A DNA stretch of 64,000 nucleotides. Origin: Auanema rhodensis (lineage: Eukaryota; Animalia; Nematoda). The DNA lies in assembly GCA_964057225.1 (NCBI GenBank), contig CAXKVF010000084.1, positions 124,001 through 188,000 of the forward strand. Direction: 5' to 3'. The position numbers and the translations under genes are program-made. The stretch's first letter is position 1. Each line of letters opens with the position of its first letter. A model generated the notes under the pieces. It had not been told where the DNA came from and did not search any database. It worked only from the letters and a program-made list of their open reading frames with translations. Shown one piece after another: positions 26,828 through 40,800 of the stretch.

Positions 26828-28239
26828 TAAATTAAAGTTCACGTAAATTTCAAAGTCATGGTTACCATGAAGCAATATCAATAAAAATTTGTTTTTAGAC
26901 TAATATGGACATGGGGAATCTAATTTTGAAAACCGCATCTCTTTATCTTTCACGTGAAGCGAGTTACATACCAAGTGCACATCACGTGTACATTTAATTA
27001 GCATAAATTAAAGTTCACGTAAATTTCAAAGTCATGGTTACCATGAACCAATATCAATAAAAATTTGTTTTTAGACTAATATGGACATGGGGAATCTAAT
27101 TTTGAAAACCGCATCTCTTTATCTTTCACGTGAAGCGAGTTACATACCAAGTGCACATCACGTGTACATTTAATTAGCATAAATTAAAGTTCACGTAAAA
27201 TTCAAAGTCATGGTTACCATGCACCAATATCAATAAAAATTTGTTTTTAGACTAATATGGACATGGGGAATCTAATTTTGAAAACCGCATCTCTTTATCT
27301 TTTACGTGAAGCGAGTTACATACCAAGTGCACATCACGTGTACATTTAATTAGCATAAATTAAAGTTCACGTAAATTTCAAAGTCGTGGTTACCATGCAC
27401 CAATATCAATAAAAATTTGTTTTTAGACTAATATGGACATGGGGAATCTAATTTTGAAAACCGCATCTCTTTATCTTTCACGTGAAGCGAGTTACATACC
27501 AAGTGCACATCACGTGTACATTTAATTAGCATAAATTAAAGTTCACGTAAATTTCAAAGTCGTGGTTACCATGCACCAATATCAATAAAAATTCGTTTTT
27601 AGACTAATATGGACATGGGGAATCTAATTTTGAAAACCGCATCTCTTTATCTTTCACGTGAAGCGAGTTACATACCAAGTGCACATCACGTGTACATTTA
27701 ATTAGCATAAATTAAAGTTCACGTAAAATTCAAAGTCATGGTTACCATGCACCAATATCAATAAAAATTTGTTTTTAGACTAATATGGACATGGGGAATC
27801 TAATTTTGAAAACCGCATCTCTTTATCTTTCACGTGAAGCGAGTTACATACCAAGTGCACATCACGTGTACATTTAATTAGCATAAATTAAAGTTCACGT
27901 AAATTTCAAAGTCATGGTTACCATGAAGCAATATCAATAAAAATTTGTTTTTAGACTAATATGGACATGGGGAATCTAATTTTGAAAACCGCATCTCTTT
28001 ATCTTTCACGTGAAGCGAGTTACATACCAAGTGCACTTCACGTGTACATTTAATTAGCATAAATTAAAGTTCACGTAAATTTCAAAGTCATGGTTACCAT
28101 GAACCAATATCAATAAAAATTTGTTTTTAGACTAATATGGACATGGGGAATCTAATTTTGAAAACCGCATCTCTTTATCTTACACGTGAAGCGAGTTACA
28201 TACCAAGTGCACATCACGTGTACATTTAATTAGCATAAA

Positions 28240-31200
28240 TTAAAGTTCACGTAAAATTCAAAGTCATGGTTACCATGCACCAATATCAATAAAAATTTGT
28301 TTTTAGACTAATATGGACATGGGGAATCTAATTTTGAAAACCGCATCTCTTTATCTTTTACGTGAAGCGAGTTACATACCAAGTGCACATCACGTGTACA
28401 TTTAATTAGCATAAATTAAAGTTCACGTAAATTTCAAAGTCATGGTTACCATGAACCAATATCAATAAAAATTTGTTTTTAGACTAATATGGACATGGGG
28501 AATCTAATTTTGAAAACCGCATCTCTTTATCTTTCACGTGAAGCGAGTTACATACCAAGTGCACATCACGTGTACATTTAATCAGCATAAATTAAAGTTC
28601 ACGTAAATTTCAAAGTCATGGTTACCATGCACCAATATCAATAAAAATTTGTTTTTAGACTAATATGGACATGGGGAATCTAATTTTGAAAACCGCATCT
28701 CTTTATCTTTCACGTGAAGCGAGTTACATACCAAGTGCACATCACGTGTACATTTAATTAGCATAAATTAAAGTTCACGTAAATTTCAAAGTCATGGTTA
28801 CCATGAACCAATATCAATAAAAATTTGTTTTTAGACTAATATGGACATGGGGAATCTAATTTTGAAAACCGCATCTCTTTATCTTTCACGTGAAGCGAGT
28901 TACATACCAAGTGCACATCACGTGTACATTTAATTAGCATAAATTAAAGTTCACGTAAATTTCAAAGTCATGGTTACCATGCACCAATATCAATAAAAAT
29001 TTGTTTTTAGACTAATATGGACATGGGGGATCTAATTTTGAAAACCGCATCTCTTTATCTTTCACGTGCAGCGAGTTACATACCAAGTGCACATCACGTG
29101 TACATTTAATTAGCATAAATTAAAGTTCACGTAAATTTCAAAGTCATGGTTACCATGCACCAATATCAATAAAAATTTGTTTTTAGACTAATATGGACAT
29201 GGGGAATCTAATTTTGAAAACCCTCATCTCTTTATCTTTCACGTGAAGCGAGTTACATACCAAGTGCACATCACGTGTACATTTAATTAGCATAAATTAA
29301 AGTTCACGTAAATTTCAAAGTCATGGTTACCATGCACCAATATCAATAAAAATTTGTTTTTAGACTAATATGGACATGGGGAATCTAATTTTGAAAACCG
29401 CATCTCTTTATCTTTCACGTGAAGCGAGTTACATACCAAGTGCACATCACGTGTACATTTAATTAGCATAAATTAAAGTTCACGTAAATTTCAAAGTCAT
29501 GGTTACCATGCACCAATATCAATAAAAATTTGTTTTTAGACTAATATGGACATAGGGAATCTAATTTTGAAAACCGCATCTCTTTATCTTTCACGTGAAG
29601 CGAGTTACATACCAAGTGCACATCACGTGTACATTTAATTAGCATAAATTAAAGTTCACGTAAATTTCAAAGTCATGGTTACCATGAACCAATATCAATA
29701 AAAATTTGTTTTTAGACTAATATGGACATGGGGAATCTAATTTTGAAAACCGCATCTCTTTATCTTTCACGTGAAGCGAGTTACATACCAAGTGCACATC
29801 ACGTGTACATTTAATTAGCATAAATTAAAGTTCACGTAAATTTCAAAGTCATGGTTACCATGAACCAATATCAATAAAAATTTGTTTTTAGACTAATATG
29901 CACATGGGGAATCTAATTTTGAAAACCGCATCTCTTTATCTTTCACGTGAAGCGAGTTACATACCAAGTGCACATCACGTGTACATTTAATTAGCATAAA
30001 TTAAAGTTCACGTAAATTTCAAAGTCGTGGTTACCATGCACCAATATCAATAAAAATTCGTTTTTAGACTAATATGGACATGGGGAATCTAATTTTGAAA
30101 ACCGCATCTCTTTATCTTTCACGTGAAGCGAGTTACATACCAAGTGCACATCACGTGTACATTTAATTAGCATAAATTAAAGTTCACGTAAATTTCAAAG
30201 TCATGGTTACCATGAACCAATATCAATTAAAATTTGTTTTTAGACTAATATGGACATGGGGAATCTAATTTTGAAAACCGCATCTCTTTATCTTTCACGT
30301 GAAGCGAGTTACATACCAAGTGCACATCACGTGTACATTTAATTAGCATAAATTAAAGTTCACGTAAAATTCAAAGTCATGGTTACCATGCACCAATATC
30401 AATAAAAATTTGTTTTTAGACTAATATGGACATGGGGAATCTAATTTTGAAAACCGCATCTCTTTATCTTTCACGTGAAGCGAGTTACATACCAAGTGCA
30501 CATCACGTGTACATTTAATTAGCATAAATTAAAGTTCACGTAAATTTCAAAGTCATGGTTACCATGAACCAATATCAATAAAAATTTGTTTTTAGACTAA
30601 TATGGACATGGGGAATCTAATTTTGAAAACCGCATCTCTTTATCTTTCACGTGAAGCGAGTTACATACCAAGTGCACATCACGTGTACATTTAATCAGCA
30701 TAAATTAAAGTTCACGTAAATTTCAAAGTCATGGTTACCATGCACCAATATCAATAAAAATTTGTTTTTAGACTAATATGGACATGGGGAATCTAATTTT
30801 GAAAACCGCATCTCTTTATCTTTCACGTGAAGCGAGTTACATACCAAGTGCACATCACGTGTACATTTAATTAGCATAAATTAAAGTTCACGTAAATTTC
30901 AAAGTCATGGTTACCATGAACCAATATCAATAAAAATTTGTTTTTAGACTAATATGGACATGGGGAATCTAATTTTGAAAACCGCATCTCTTTATCTTTC
31001 ACGTGAAGCGAGTTACATACCAAGTGCACATCACGTGTACATTTAATTAGCATAAATTAAAGTTCACGTAAATTTCAAAGTCATGGTTACCATGCACCAA
31101 TATCAATAAAAATTTGTTTTTAGACTAATATGGACATGGGGAATCTAATTTTGAAAACCGCATCTCTTTATCTTTCACGTGAAGCGAGTTACATACCAAG

Positions 31201-32370
31201 TGCACATCACGTGTACATTTAATTAGCATAAATTAAAGTTCACGTAAATTTCAAAGTCATGGTTACCATGAACCAATATCAATAAAAATTTGTTTTTAGA
31301 CTAATATGGACATGGGGAATCTAATTTTGAAAACCCTCATCTCTTTATCTTTCACGTGAAGCGAGTTACATACCAAGTGCACATCACGTGTACATTTAAT
31401 TAGCATAAATTAAAGTTCACGTAAATTTCAAAGTCATGGTTACCATGCACCAATATCAATAAAAATTTGTTTTTAGACTAATATGGACATGGGGAATCTA
31501 ATTTTGAAAACCGCATCTCTTTATCTTTCACGTGAAGCGAGTTACATACCAAGTGCACATCACGTGTACATTTAATTAGCATAAATTAAAGTTCACGTAA
31601 ATTTCAAAGTCATGGTTACCATGCACCAATATCAATAAAAATTTGTTTTTAGACTAATATGGACATGGGGAATCTAATTTTGAAAACCGCATCTCTTTAT
31701 CTTTCACGTGAAGCGAGTTACATACCAAGTGCACATCACGTGTACATTTAATTAGCATAAATTAAAGTTCACGTAAATTTCAAAGTCATGGTTACCATGA
31801 ACCAATATCAATAAAAATTTGTTTTTAGACTAATATGGACATGGGGAATCTAATTTTGAAAACCGCATCTCTTTATCTTTCACGTGAAGCGAGTTACATA
31901 CCAAGTGCACATCACGTGTACATTTAATTAGCATAAATTAAAGTTCACGTAAATTTCAAAGTCATGGTTACCATGAACCAATATCAATAAAAATTTGTTT
32001 TTAGACTAATATGGACATGGGGAATCTAATTTTGAAAACCGCATCTCTTTATCTTTCACGTGAAGCGAGTTACATACCAAGTGCACATCACGTGTACATT
32101 TAATTAGCATAAATTAAAGTTCACGTAAATTTCAAAGTCGTGGTTACCATGCACCAATATCAATAAAAATTCGTTTTTAGAATAATATGGACATGGGGAA
32201 TCTAATTTTGAAAACCGCATCTCTTTATCTTTCACGTGAAGCGAGTTACATACCAAGTGCACATCACGTGTACATTTAATTAGCATAAATTAAAGTTCAC
32301 GTAAATTTCAAAGTCATGGTTACCATGAACCAATATCAATTAAAATTTGTTTTTAGACTAATATGGACAT
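28240..32370 (+). repeat. Older higher-order duplication, 12-mer (2113-bp unit)
   Basis: Markers at +2113: GTAAAATT 28256/30369, AATCAGC 28583/30696, CCCTC insertion 29224/31337, GTCGTGG 30027/32140, CAATTAA 30228/32341. Several private differences (28359, 29029, 29069, 29554, 29901). Confidence 0.87.
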
Positions 32371-35300
32371 GGGCAATCTAATTTTGAAAACCGCATCTCT
32401 TTATCTTTCACGTGAAGCGAGTTACATACCAAGTGCACATCACGTGTACATTTAATTAGCATAAATTAAAGTTCACGTAAATTTCAAAGTCATGGTTACC
32501 ATGCACCAATATCAATAAAAATTTGTTTTTAGACTAATATGGACATGGGGAATCTAATTTTGAAAACTGCATCTCTTTATCTTTCACGTGAAGCGAGTTA
32601 CATACCAAATGCACATCACGTGTACATTTTATTAGCATAAATTAAAGTTCACGTAAATTTCAAAGTCATGGTTACCATGCACCAATATCAATAAAAATTT
32701 GTTTTTAGACTAATATGGACATGGGGAATCTAATTTTGAAAACTGCATCTCTTCATCTTTCACGTGAAGCGAGTTACATACCAAGTGCACATCACGTGTA
32801 CATTTAATTAGCATAAATTAAAGTTCACGTAAATTTCAAAGTCATGGTTACCATGCACCAATATCAATAAAAATTTGTTTTTAGACTAATATGGACATGG
32901 GGAATCTAATTTTGAAAACCGCATCTCTTTATCTTTCACGTGAAGCGAGTTACATACCAAGTGCACATCACGTGTACATTTAATTAGCATAAATTAAAGT
33001 TCACGTAAATTTCAAAGTCATGGTTACCATGAACCAATATCAATAAAAATTTGTTTTTAGACTAATATGGACATGGGGAATCTAATTTTGAAAACCGCAT
33101 CTCTTTATCTTTCACGTGAAGCGAGTTACATACCAAGTGCACATCACGTGTACATTTAATTAGCATAAATTAAAGTTCACGTAAATTTCAAAGTCATGGT
33201 TACCATGAACCAATATCAATAAAAATTTGTTTTTAGACTAATATGGACATGGGGAATCTAATTTTGAAAACCGCATCTCTTTATCTTTCACGTGAAGCGA
33301 GTTACATACCAAGTGCACATCACGTGTACATTTAATTAGCATAAATTAAAGTTCACGTAAATTTCAAAGTCATGGTTACCATGAACCAATATCAATAAAA
33401 ATTTGTTTTTAGACTAATATGGACATGGGGAATCTAATTTTGAAAACCGCATCTCTTTATCTTTCACGTGAAGCGAGTTACATACCAAGTGCACATCACG
33501 TGTACATTTAATTAGCATAAATTAAAGTTCACGTAAATTTCAAAGTCATGGTTACCATGAACCAATATCAATAAAAATTTGTTTTTAGACTAATATGGAC
33601 ATGGGGAATCTAATTTTGAAAACCGCATCTCTTTATCTTTCACGTGAAGCGAGTTACATACCAAGTGCACATCACGTGTACATTTAATTAGCATAAATTA
33701 AAGTTCACGTAAATTTCAAAGTCATGGTTACCATGAACCAATATCAATAAAAATTTGTTTTTAGACTAATATGGACATGGGGAATCTAATTTTGAAAACC
33801 GCATCTCTTTATCTTTCACGTGAAGCGAGTTACATACCAAGTGCACATCACGTGTACATTTAATTAGCATAAATTAAAGTTCACGTAAATTTCAAAGTCG
33901 TGGTTACCATGCACCAATATCAATAAAAATTCGTTTTTAGACTAATATGGACATGGGGAATCTAATTTTGAAAACCGCATCTCTTTATCTTTCACGTGAA
34001 GCGAGTTACATACCAAGTGCACATCACGTGTACATTTAATTAGCATAAATTAAAGTTCACGTAAATTTCAAAGTCATGGTTACCATGAACCAATATCAAT
34101 TAAAATTTGTTTTTAGACTAATATGGACATGGGCAATCTAATTTTGAAAACCGCATCTCTTTATCTTTCACGTGAAGCGAGTTACATACCAAGTGCACAT
34201 CACGTGTACATTTAATTAGCATAAATTAAAGTTCACGTAAATTTCAAAGTCATGGTTACCATGCACCAATATCAATAAAAATTTGTTTTTAGACTAATAT
34301 GGACATGGGGAATCTAATTTTGAAAACCGCATCTCTTTATCTTTCACGTGAAGCGAGTTACATACCAAGTGCACATCACGTGTACATTTAATTAGCATAA
34401 ATTAAAGTTCACGTAAATTTCAAAGTCATGGTTACCATGAACCAATATCAATAAAAATTTGTTTTTAGACTAATATGGACATGGGGAATCTAATTTTGAA
34501 AACCGCATCTCTTTATCTTTCACGTGAAGCGAGTTACATACCAAGTGCACATCACGTGTACATTTAATTAGCATAAATTAAAGTTCACGTAAATTTCAAA
34601 GTCATGGTTACCATGCACCAATATCAATAAAAATTTGTTTTTAGACTAATATGGACATGGGGAATCTAATTTTGAAAACCGCATCTCTTTATCTTTCACG
34701 TGAAGCGAGTTACATACCAAGTGCACATCACGTGTACATTTAATTAGCATAAATTAAAGTTCACGTAAATTTCAAAGTCATGGTTACCATGAACCAATAT
34801 CAATAAAAATTTGTTTTTAGACTAATATGGACATGGGGAATCTAATTTTGAAAACCCTCATCTCTTTATCTTTCACGTGAAGCGAGTTACATACCAAGTG
34901 CACATCACGTGTACATTTAATTAGCATAAATTAAAGTTCACGTAAATTTCAAAGTCATGGTTACCATGCACCAATATCAATAAAAATTTGTTTTTAGACT
35001 AATATGGACATGGGGAATCTAATTTTGAAAACCGCATCTCTTTATCTTTCACGTGAAGCGAGTTACATACCAAGTGCACATCACGTGTACATTTAATTAG
35101 CATAAATTAAAGTTCACGTAAATTTCAAAGTCATGGTTACCATGCACCAATATCAATAAAAATTTGTTTTTAGACTAATATGGACATGGGGAATCTAATT
35201 TTGAAAACCGCATCTCTTTATCTTTCACGTGAAGCGAGTTACATACCAAGTGCACATCACGTGTACATTTAATTAGCATAAATTAAAGTTCACGTAAATT

Positions 35301-37848
35301 TCAAAGTCATGGTTACCATGAACCAATATCAATAAAAATTTGTTTTTAGACTAATATGGACATGGGGAATCTAATTTTGAAAACCGCATCTCTTTATCTT
35401 TCACGTGAAGCGAGTTACATACCAAGTGCACATCACGTGTACATTTAATTAGCATAAATTAAAGTTCACGTAAATTTCAAAGTCATGGTTACCATGAACC
35501 AATATCAATAAAAATTTGTTTTTAGACTAATATGGACATGGGGAATCTAATTTTGAAAACCGCATCTCTTTATCTTTCACGTGAAGCGAGTTACATACCA
35601 AGTGCACATCACGTGTACATTTAATTAGCATAAATTAAAGTTCACGTAAATTTCAAAGTCGTGGTTACCATGCACCAATATCAATAAAAATTCGTTTTTA
35701 GAATAATATGGACATGGGGAATCTAATTTTGAAAACCGCATCTCTTTATCTTTCACGTGAAGCGAGTTACATACCAAGTGCACATCACGTGTACATTTAA
35801 TTAGCATAAATTAAAGTTCACGTAAATTTCAAAGTCATGGTTACCATGAACCAATATCAATTAAAATTTGTTTTTAGACTAATATGGACATGGGCAATCT
35901 AATTTTGAAAACCGCATCTCTTTATCTTTCACGTGAAGCGAGTTACATACCAAGTGCACATCACGTGTACATTTAATTAGCATAAATTAAAGTTCACGTA
36001 AATTTCAAAGTCATGGTTACCATGCACCAATATCAATAAAAATTTGTTTTTAGACTAATATGGACATGGGGAATCTAATTTTGAAAACTGCATCTCTTTA
36101 TCTTTCACGTGAAGCGAGTTACATACCAAATGCACATCACGTGTACATTTTATTAGCATAAATTAAAGTTCACGTAAATTTCAAAGTCATGGTTACCATG
36201 CACCAATATCAATAAAAATTTGTTTTTAGACTAATATGGACATGGGGAATCTAATTTTGAAAACCGCATCTCTTCATCTTTCACGTGAAGCGAGTTACAT
36301 ACCAAGTGCACATCACGTGTACATTTAATTAGCATAAATTAAAGTTCACGTAAATTTCAAAGTCATGGTTACCATGCACCAATATCAATAAAAATTTGTT
36401 TTTAGACTAATATGGACATGGGGAATCTAATTTTGAAAACCGCATCTCTTTATCTTTCACGTGAAGCGAGTTACATACCAAGTGCACATCACGTGTACAT
36501 TTAATTAGCATAAATTAAAGTTCACGTAAATTTCAAAGTCATGGTTACCATGAACCAATATCAATAAAAATTTGTTTTTAGACTAATATGGACATGGGGA
36601 ATCTAATTTTGAAAACCGCATCTCTTTATCTTTCACGTGAAGCGAGTTACATACCAAGTGCACATCACGTGTACATTTAATTAGCATAAATTAAAGTTCA
36701 CGTAAATTTCAAAGTCATGGTTACCATGAACCAATATCAATAAAAATTTGTTTTTAGACTAATATGGACATGGGGAATCTAATTTTGAAAACCGCATCTC
36801 TTTATCTTTCACGTGAAGCGAGTTACATACCAAGTGCACATCACGTGTACATTTAATTAGCATAAATTAAAGTTCACGTAAATTTCAAAGTCATGGTTAC
36901 CATGAACCAATATCAATAAAAATTTGTTTTTAGACTAATATGGACATGGGGAATCTAATTTTGAAAACCGCATCTCTTTATCTTTCACGTGAAGCGAGTT
37001 ACATACCAAGTGCACATCACGTGTACATTTAATTAGCATAAATTAAAGTTCACGTAAATTTCAAAGTCATGGTTACCATGAACCAATATCAATAAAAATT
37101 TGTTTTTAGACTAATATGGACATGGGGAATCTAATTTTGAAAACCGCATCTCTTTATCTTTCACGTGAAGCGAGTTACATACCAAGTGCACATCACGTGT
37201 ACATTTAATTAGCATAAATTAAAGTTCACGTAAATTTCAAAGTCATGGTTACCATGAACCAATATCAATAAAAATTTGTTTTTAGACTAATATGGACATG
37301 GGGAATCTAATTTTGAAAACCGCATCTCTTTATCTTTCACGTGAAGCGAGTTACATACCAAGTGCACATCACGTGTACATTTAATTAGCATAAATTAAAG
37401 TTCACGTAAATTTCAAAGTCGTGGTTACCATGCACCAATATCAATAAAAATTCGTTTTTAGACTAATATGGACATGGGGAATCTAATTTTGAAAACCGCA
37501 TCTCTTTATCTTTCACGTGAAGCGAGTTACATACCAAGTGCACATCACGTGTACATTTAATTAGCATAAATTAAAGTTCACGTAAATTTCAAAGTCATGG
37601 TTACCATGAACCAATATCAATTAAAATTTGTTTTTAGACTAATATGGACATGGGCAATCTAATTTTGAAAACCGCATCTCTTTATCTTTCACGTGAAGCG
37701 AGTTACATACCAAGTGCACATCACGTGTACATTTAATTAGCATAAATTAAAGTTCACGTAAATTTCAAAGTCATGGTTACCATGCACCAATATCAATAAA
37801 AATTTGTTTTTAGACTAATATGGACATGGGGAATCTAATTTTGAAAAC
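30697..37848 (+). repeat. Recent higher-order duplication, 20-mer (3521-bp unit), 2 copies, with 10-mer (1760) substructure
   Basis: Markers at +3521: CCCTC 31337/34858, TAGAATAA 32182/35703, and the AACTGC/CCAAAT/CATTTT monomer at about 32570/36090. The supplied ORFs at 32104 and 35625 also differ by 3521. GTCGTGG occurs at 32140, 33900, 35661 and 37421. Confidence 0.93.
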
Positions 37849-40800
37849 TGCATCTCTTTATCTTTCACGTGAAGCGAGTTACATACCAAATGCACATCAC
37901 GTGTACATTTAATTAGCATAAATTAAAGTTCACGTAAATTTCAAAGTCATGGTTACCATGCACCAATATCAATAAAAATTTGTTTTTAGACTAATATGGA
38001 CATGGGGAATCTAATTTTGAAAACCGCATCTCTTCATCTTTCACGTGAAGCGAGTTACATACCAAGTGCACATCACGTGTACATTTAATTAGCATAAATT
38101 AAAGTTCACGTAAATTTCAAAGTCATGGTTACCATGCACCAATATCAATAAAAATTTGTTTTTAGACTAATATGGACATGGGGAATCTAATTTTGAAAAC
38201 CGCATCTCTTTATCTTTCACGTGAAGCGAGTTACATACCAAGTGCACATCACGTGTACATTTAATTAGCATAAATTAAAGTTCACGTAAATTTCAAAGTC
38301 ATGGTTACCATGAACCAATATCAATAAAAATTTGTTTTTAGACTAATATGGACATGGGGAATCTAATTTTGAAAACCGCATCTCTTTATCTTTCACGTGA
38401 AGCGAGTTACGTACCAAGTGCACATCACGTGTACATTTAATTAGCATAAATTAAAGTTCACGTAAATTTCAAAGTCATGGTTACCATGCACCAATATCAA
38501 TAAAAATTTGTTTTTAGACTAATATGGAAATGGGGAATCTAATTTTGAAAACCGCATCTCTTTATCTTTCACGTGAAGCGAGTTACGTACCAAGTGCACA
38601 TCACGTGTACATTTAATTAGCATAAATTAAAGTTCACGTAAATTTCAAAGTCATGGTTACCATGCACCAATATCAATAAAAATTTGTTTTTAGACTAATA
38701 TGGACATGGGGAATCTAATTTTGAAAACCGCATCTCTTTATCTTTCACGTGAAGCGAGTTACATACCAAGTGCACATCACGTGTACATTTAATTAGCATA
38801 AATTAAAGTTCACGTAAATTTCAAAGTCATGGTTACCATGAACCAATATCAATTAAAATTTGTTTTTAGACTAATATGGACATGGGGAATCTAATTTTGA
38901 AAACCGTATCTCTTTATCTTTCACGTGAAGCGAGTTACATACCAAGTGCACATCACGTGTACATTTAATTAGCATAAATTAAAGTTCACGTAAATTTCAA
39001 AGTCATGGTTACCATGAACCAATATCAATAAAAATTTGTTTTTAGACTAATATGGACATGGGGAATCTAATTTTGAAAACCGCATCTCTTTATCTTTCAC
39101 GTGAAGCGAGTTACATACCAAGTGCACATCACGTGTACATTTAATTAGCATAAATTAAAGTTCACGTAAATTTCAAAGTCATGGTTACCATGCACCAATA
39201 TCAATAAAAATTTGTTTTTAGACTAATATGGACATGGGGAATCTAATTTTGAAAACCGCATCTCTTTATCTTTCACGTGAAGCGAGTTACATACCAAGTG
39301 CACATCACGTGTACATTTAATTAGCATAAATTAAAGTTCACGTAAATTTCAAAGTCATGGTTACCATGAACCAATATCAATAAAAATTTGTTTTTAGACT
39401 AATATGAACATGGGCAATCTAATTTTGAAAACCGCATCTCTTTATCTTTCCCGTGAAGCGAGTTACATACCAAGTGCACATCACGTGTACATTTAATTAG
39501 CATAAATTAAAGTTCACGTAAATTTCAAAGTCATGGTTACCATGCACCAATATCAATAAAAATTTGTTTTTAGACTAATATGGACATGAGAAATCTAATT
39601 TTGAAAACCGCATCTCTTTATCTTTCACGTGAAGCGAGTTACATACCGAGTGCACATCACGTGTACATTTAATTAGCATAAATTAAAGTTCACGTAAATT
39701 TCAAAGTCATGGTTACCATGCACCAATATCAATAAAAATTTGTTTTTAGACTAATATGGACATGGGGAATCTAATTTTGAAAACCGCATCTCTTCATATT
39801 TCACGTGAAGCGAGTTACATACCGAGTGCACATCACGTCTAAATTTAATTAGCATAAATTAAAGTTCACGAAAATTTCAAAGTCATGGTTACCATGAACC
39901 AATATCAATAAAAATTTGTTTTTAGACTAATATGGACATGGGCAATCTAATTTTGAAAACCGCATCTCTTTATCTTTCACGTGAAGCGAGTTACATACCA
40001 AGTGCACATCACGTGTACATTTAATTAGCATAAATTAAAGTTCACGTAAATTTCAAAGTCATGGTTACCATGCACCAATATCAATAAAAATTTGTTTTTA
40101 GACTAATATGGACATGGGGAATCTAAGTTTGAAAACCGCATCTCTTCATCTTTCACGTGAAGCGAGTTACATACCAAGTGCACATCACGTGTACATTTAA
40201 TTAGCATAAATTAAAGTTCACGTAAATTTCAAAGTCATGGTTACCATGAACCAATATCAATAAAAATTTGTTTTTAGACTAATATGGACATGGGGAATCT
40301 AATTTTAAAAACCGCATCTCTTTATCTTTCACGTGAAGCGAGTTACATACCAAGTGCACATCACGTGTACATTTAATTAGCATAAATTAAAGTTCACGTA
40401 AATTTCAAAGTCATGGTTACCATGAACCAATATCAATAAAAATTTGTTTTTAGACTAATATGGACATGGGGAATCTAATTTTGAAAACCGCATCTCTTCA
40501 TCTTTCACGTGAAGCGAGTTACATACCAAGTGCACATCACGTGTACATTTAATTAGCATAAATTAAAGTTCACGTAAATTTCAAAGTCATGGTTACCATG
40601 AACCAATATCAATAAAAATTTGTTTTTAGACTAATATGGACATGGGGAATCTAATTTTAAAAACCGCATCTCTTTATCTTTCACGTGAAGCGAGTTACAT
40701 ACCAAGTGCACATCACGTGTACATTTAATTAGCATAAATTAAAGTTCACGTAAATTTCAAAGTCATGGTTACCATGCACCAATATCAATAAAAATTTGTT

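Noticed and set aside
32104-32286. 60-aa minus-strand ORF (MLIKCTRDVH...)
   Set aside because: It is one satellite monomer read through because a C>A change at 32182 removes the TAG stop present in other monomers. No recognisable domain or gene context.
35625-35807. Second identical 60-aa ORF
   Set aside because: Copy of the first, produced by the 3521-bp duplication. Not independent evidence of coding.
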